The notes under the pieces: generated by a model
The model's database searches: none
Told to the model about the DNA's origin: nothing
Seen by the model: the letters and a program-made list of their open reading frames with translations, nothing else
NCBI GenBank assembly: GCA_040384285.1
Contig: JAZKJN010000002.1
Location: forward strand, 130,640 to 185,695
Direction: 5' to 3'
Length of the DNA stretch: 55,056 bases
DNA from: Patescibacteria group bacterium
GTDB taxonomy: Bacteria; Patescibacteriota; Minisyncoccia; Phycocordibacterales; PALSA-1337
Part shown: positions 52,534-55,056 of the stretch, piece after piece
Layout: every line of letters starts with the position of its first letter
Numbering within the stretch: the first letter of the stretch is position 1
Program-made: the position numbers and the translations under genes

Positions 52534-53864
52534 GCTCTAACTTCGTTCTTCAAATACGCCGAGCCGCTTGCTTTTAACCAAGTGAGCACTTCGGCACGCA
52601 TTCGTTTAACCAAATCCACGTACAACGTAAGCTGGTCTAGTGGCAGTGAACCATTTCCGAGAAGGCCGGCAGCAATCTCTCGATCGGGTGGGTTTCGTCG
52701 TACGAACGTCAGGAGAGCTAAAACATCCAAGGGAGTGCTACTGAGGGAAGTGATTGCCTCAATCCGCTTGCCATACGCCTCATCGTCCCGACCGCTGCTG
52801 TGCAGTGAAGCCCGACGAAAAAGGCAAGGGATGCAAACGCCGCAAGATCGGGCCTTTCGATCACTCCATGCCTCGCGGTGGTTTGCTTTTGCGCACGAAC
52901 GAGATAACGCATAGGTGTCGTTCAGGAAAGTTTGATCCTGGCACTCGTCAACCATTTCGCCTTTTGTTTTCAGCTCGTATGGATTTTGGACGGGATTCAA
53001 AATATTCACCCGTTCTAAGATACGATTAAGGTCCGCAATAAAATGGGGGTGAACCGTTCGGGTGCTACAGGAGCCACGGCGCGCAGGGGTAAGGGGAAAA
53101 TTTAAGGCGATAGGACCGTTCTCGGGAATTAAAATAGGTATTCGTTCTCCGAGAAGTTCCCCAAAGTAACAACCAAGCGCGACGAAGAGTAGTGAACGGC
53201 TGCGAAAATTAGTGTCCGCGCTACCCGATGAAAGTCCAACCTGAGTTTGAGCCAATTCAAATCGCCCGTTAAATTTCAAGCGCACGGCGTCTTCTAAAGC
53301 TCGCTGATCCACGCCTGGACCTGAGACGTGCCTGTCATAGTGCCCAACTAAAAGTAATTTTTCGCTGGGATTTTCGGTGAGCCAGTCCACTGCTCCGATG
53401 AAGGAATCCAACCCTCCTGAGAAGAGGCAAACAGCTTCACCAGTGGCACGCTTAAACTTAACGCTGCGCTGTCTGGGCTTCTTTTGAACTAAACGCTTCT
53501 CACCGTGCCTGAAAGTGATTTCCCAACGATCGCCAGTTAAGAAGCTGATACAGTCCGATAGGTCATTAACGACATTGGTCCAAGTGCCCACATGCTCGAC
53601 AGGAATTTCGATGGCTAGGTGTCGGGTCCACTTATCTTCCGCTCCATCCCTTGGCACCGCTTTGTCCGCAGCGTAGACGCACGAGGCAATGCACAGAAAA
53701 TCCTGAGCTAGGTCCGGCACGGTCCGCGATACTTTAAGAAGCGCGGTCGCATCTACATCGAGAACAACGTTTTCGGTTTGTCCGTCGAAATGGAGAGCAA
53801 GCTTGGCGGTCTCTTTCCTGAAATCAGCCTCCGGCGCGATCGTTATGGTGATGTCTTTTCTCAT
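52527..53864 (-). CDS. qatC: QatC, QueC-like protein
   Basis: LFSGGLDS, RSRSLLF, PENGPIALN, TKGEM, SCAK...CGVCIPCLFRR. Confidence 0.92.
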   Translation of the reverse strand: MRKDITITIAPEADFRKETAKLALHFDGQTENVVLDVDATALLKVSRTVPDLAQDFLCIASCVYAADKAVPRDGAEDKWTRHLAIEIPVEHVGTWTNVVNDLSDCISFLTGDRWEITFRHGEKRLVQKKPRQRSVKFKRATGEAVCLFSGGLDSFIGAVDWLTENPSEKLLLVGHYDRHVSGPGVDQRALEDAVRLKFNGRFELAQTQVGLSSGSADTNFRSRSLLFVALGCYFGELLGERIPILIPENGPIALNFPLTPARRGSCSTRTVHPHFIADLNRILERVNILNPVQNPYELKTKGEMVDECQDQTFLNDTYALSRSCAKANHREAWSDRKARSCGVCIPCLFRRASLHSSGRDDEAYGKRIEAITSLSSTPLDVLALLTFVRRNPPDREIAAGLLGNGSLPLDQLTLYVDLVKRMRAEVLTWLKASGSAYLKNEVRAC

Positions 53865-54667
53865 AGCTGCTCTCCGAAGATCTCAATCGTGTCCGCGACG
53901 ATACCGTCCACAATCGCTGCCCCGCTAACGCCATTCCAATCCACAGATGAAAGTTTATGCGACGCTTGCAGTCCGCCGATTTTTGCATTGATGAAATCTC
54001 GAATCTGGCCAGCCATGCTATTAGCTTTTTCAAAGCCGTGGGTGGCTAGGACGCCCTGATAACCGACGGTCTTGAAAACCTCGAAAATGTAATGCCCGAA
54101 AAAGTCATGAAGCGCGCCTTCAATATTTTGGGCGATGTTTGTTACCGACTCGATCAAACCATTGATTCCTTGCACGCCCTCTGACCATTTGAGAACCATT
54201 TCCATGAGGGCACCACGCAGCGCGGTTTGCTCAATCAGGCTCGCAGGACCGCCAAGCAGATCAGCTAGTGCCAGCGCGATTTCATCCGGGGTCTTGCCGG
54301 TCAAATCGGTCAATCCACGCTCGGCAAGCGCCTCACGAAATCCTTTAGTTCCAACATCTGCGAGAAAGCCGCCGACTCCGCGTGCAACAGTACGCGCAGA
54401 TCCAGCAATCCGGCGGGTTCCGCCGCCACCTCCTCCCCCGCCGACACCGGATCCACTTCCGCCTGAGGTAGCGGTTGAATTTCTTCCCTGAGGAGAAAGG
54501 GGCGTTCCGAAACCTAGTTGTGAAGCCCTCGCCATCTGCGCGACAAAGCCACTGACAACCGACGCGGCTTTCTGGGGCGTGACATGCCCTGCGCCTCCTG
54601 CTCGGGTAGCTTCATTTTTTGCGGGACTCCAGTTTGGCGAGCCCGAGTAATTAGTTGACGTGCCCAT
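53861..54667 (-). CDS. qatB: QatB
   Basis: N-terminal MGTS, Gly-rich segment, helical body; sits between the ATPase and QatC with an ATGA overlap. Confidence 0.85.
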   Translation of the reverse strand: MGTSTNYSGSPNWSPAKNEATRAGGAGHVTPQKAASVVSGFVAQMARASQLGFGTPLSPQGRNSTATSGGSGSGVGGGGGGGGTRRIAGSARTVARGVGGFLADVGTKGFREALAERGLTDLTGKTPDEIALALADLLGGPASLIEQTALRGALMEMVLKWSEGVQGINGLIESVTNIAQNIEGALHDFFGHYIFEVFKTVGYQGVLATHGFEKANSMAGQIRDFINAKIGGLQASHKLSSVDWNGVSGAAIVDGIVADTIEIFGEQL

Positions 54668-54670
54668 AGG

Positions 54671-55056
54671 TCATCTTTGTTTCTGTTTGAGCGCTTTGCC
54701 GAAGAGCGTTTTGTTGTCTTCAGCAAAATCGTTCGTGATCGCCCGACATGCTTCTCCCAGTGCGTTCGGCTTCGTCGCTAGCGATTGAATCTCTATAGCC
54801 AGTGCTGGTGGTAGTTCAGCTCTTGGAATTCTGGCAACAAGCGCTCGAAAGCTCTCAGCAGCGCTCCCGTCAATAGTTGCTATCTCGGTCAGCGCACGAA
54901 ACGGTTTAATTTGATTTGGTTTTTGTTGCGCGTGCGAAATGAGCAATTGAGCCAAACTCGCGCGCTCCAATGGCTGAAGCCTCGAAATTTCTTTTCGCGC
55001 AGCGACGTCGCCCATGTCACTCAGTAACTTCTTGAAAATTTCACGCACGATGGTTG
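54671..55056 (-). CDS. qatA: QatA (KAP-family ATPase), C-terminal fragment; gene starts beyond the window
   Basis: Frame open to the window edge, stop 3 nt before qatB. The call rests on operon position; the ATPase motifs are outside the window. Confidence 0.7.
   Translation of the reverse strand, partial: TIVREIFKKLLSDMGDVAARKEISRLQPLERASLAQLLISHAQQKPNQIKPFRALTEIATIDGSAAESFRALVARIPRAELPPALAIEIQSLATKPNALGEACRAITNDFAEDNKTLFGKALKQKQR

Larger units (their letters stand above)
9584..55056. mobile_element. Integrative (ICE/IME-like) element inserted at the ssrA 3' end; right end lies outside the window
   Basis: Serine recombinase abuts and reads into ssrA; VirD4-like ATPases, relaxase, primase, MTases and defence cargo follow; composition shifts at the junction. 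No direct-repeat copy of the ssrA end (attR) was seen in the window. Confidence 0.85.

Noticed and set aside
52048-52914. 288-aa + strand ORF
   Set aside because: Antisense to qatD/qatC, which carry full catalytic motifs.

Overview
The window has two very different parts. Positions 1-9591 look like the chromosome of a small-genome bacterium, most plausibly Patescibacteria/CPR (inferred from gene style only). They carry the recG 3' end, two large surface proteins (a ~14-blade beta-propeller adhesin-like protein and an FN3/Ig + PL7 alginate-lyase protein), tRNA-Ile with the rare UAU anticodon, ftsH, smpB and tmRNA (ssrA). From the last 8 nt of ssrA to beyond the right edge lies a >45 kb integrated ICE/IME-like element. 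Its backbone is a large serine recombinase, two VirD4-like ATPases, a CHC2/Toprim primase, a Replic_Relax relaxase and two methyltransferase-like genes. Its cargo looks Verrucomicrobia-like: an ECF sigma factor, a secreted beta-helix protein and a C39-peptidase/RHS toxin with immunity gene, an RCC1 propeller, a TPR protein and a Hint-zincin protein. It also carries a complete QatABCD anti-phage system (qatA cut by the window edge) and an uncharacterised GHKL-ATPase + tandem-PRTase gene pair. The most striking structure is a perfect 123-bp inverted repeat (9584-9706 / 11602-11724) flanking the recombinase. Inversion would keep tmRNA intact but swap the recombinase C-terminus between a tmRNA-antisense tail and its apparently native tail. 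Other unexplained items are a tandem NrdR-like box plus a structured leader RNA before a lamin-tail gene, ~100-bp direct repeats bracketing a cargo block, and tandem hairpin + small-ORF units. All family calls come from motif recognition by eye; no database searches were run.
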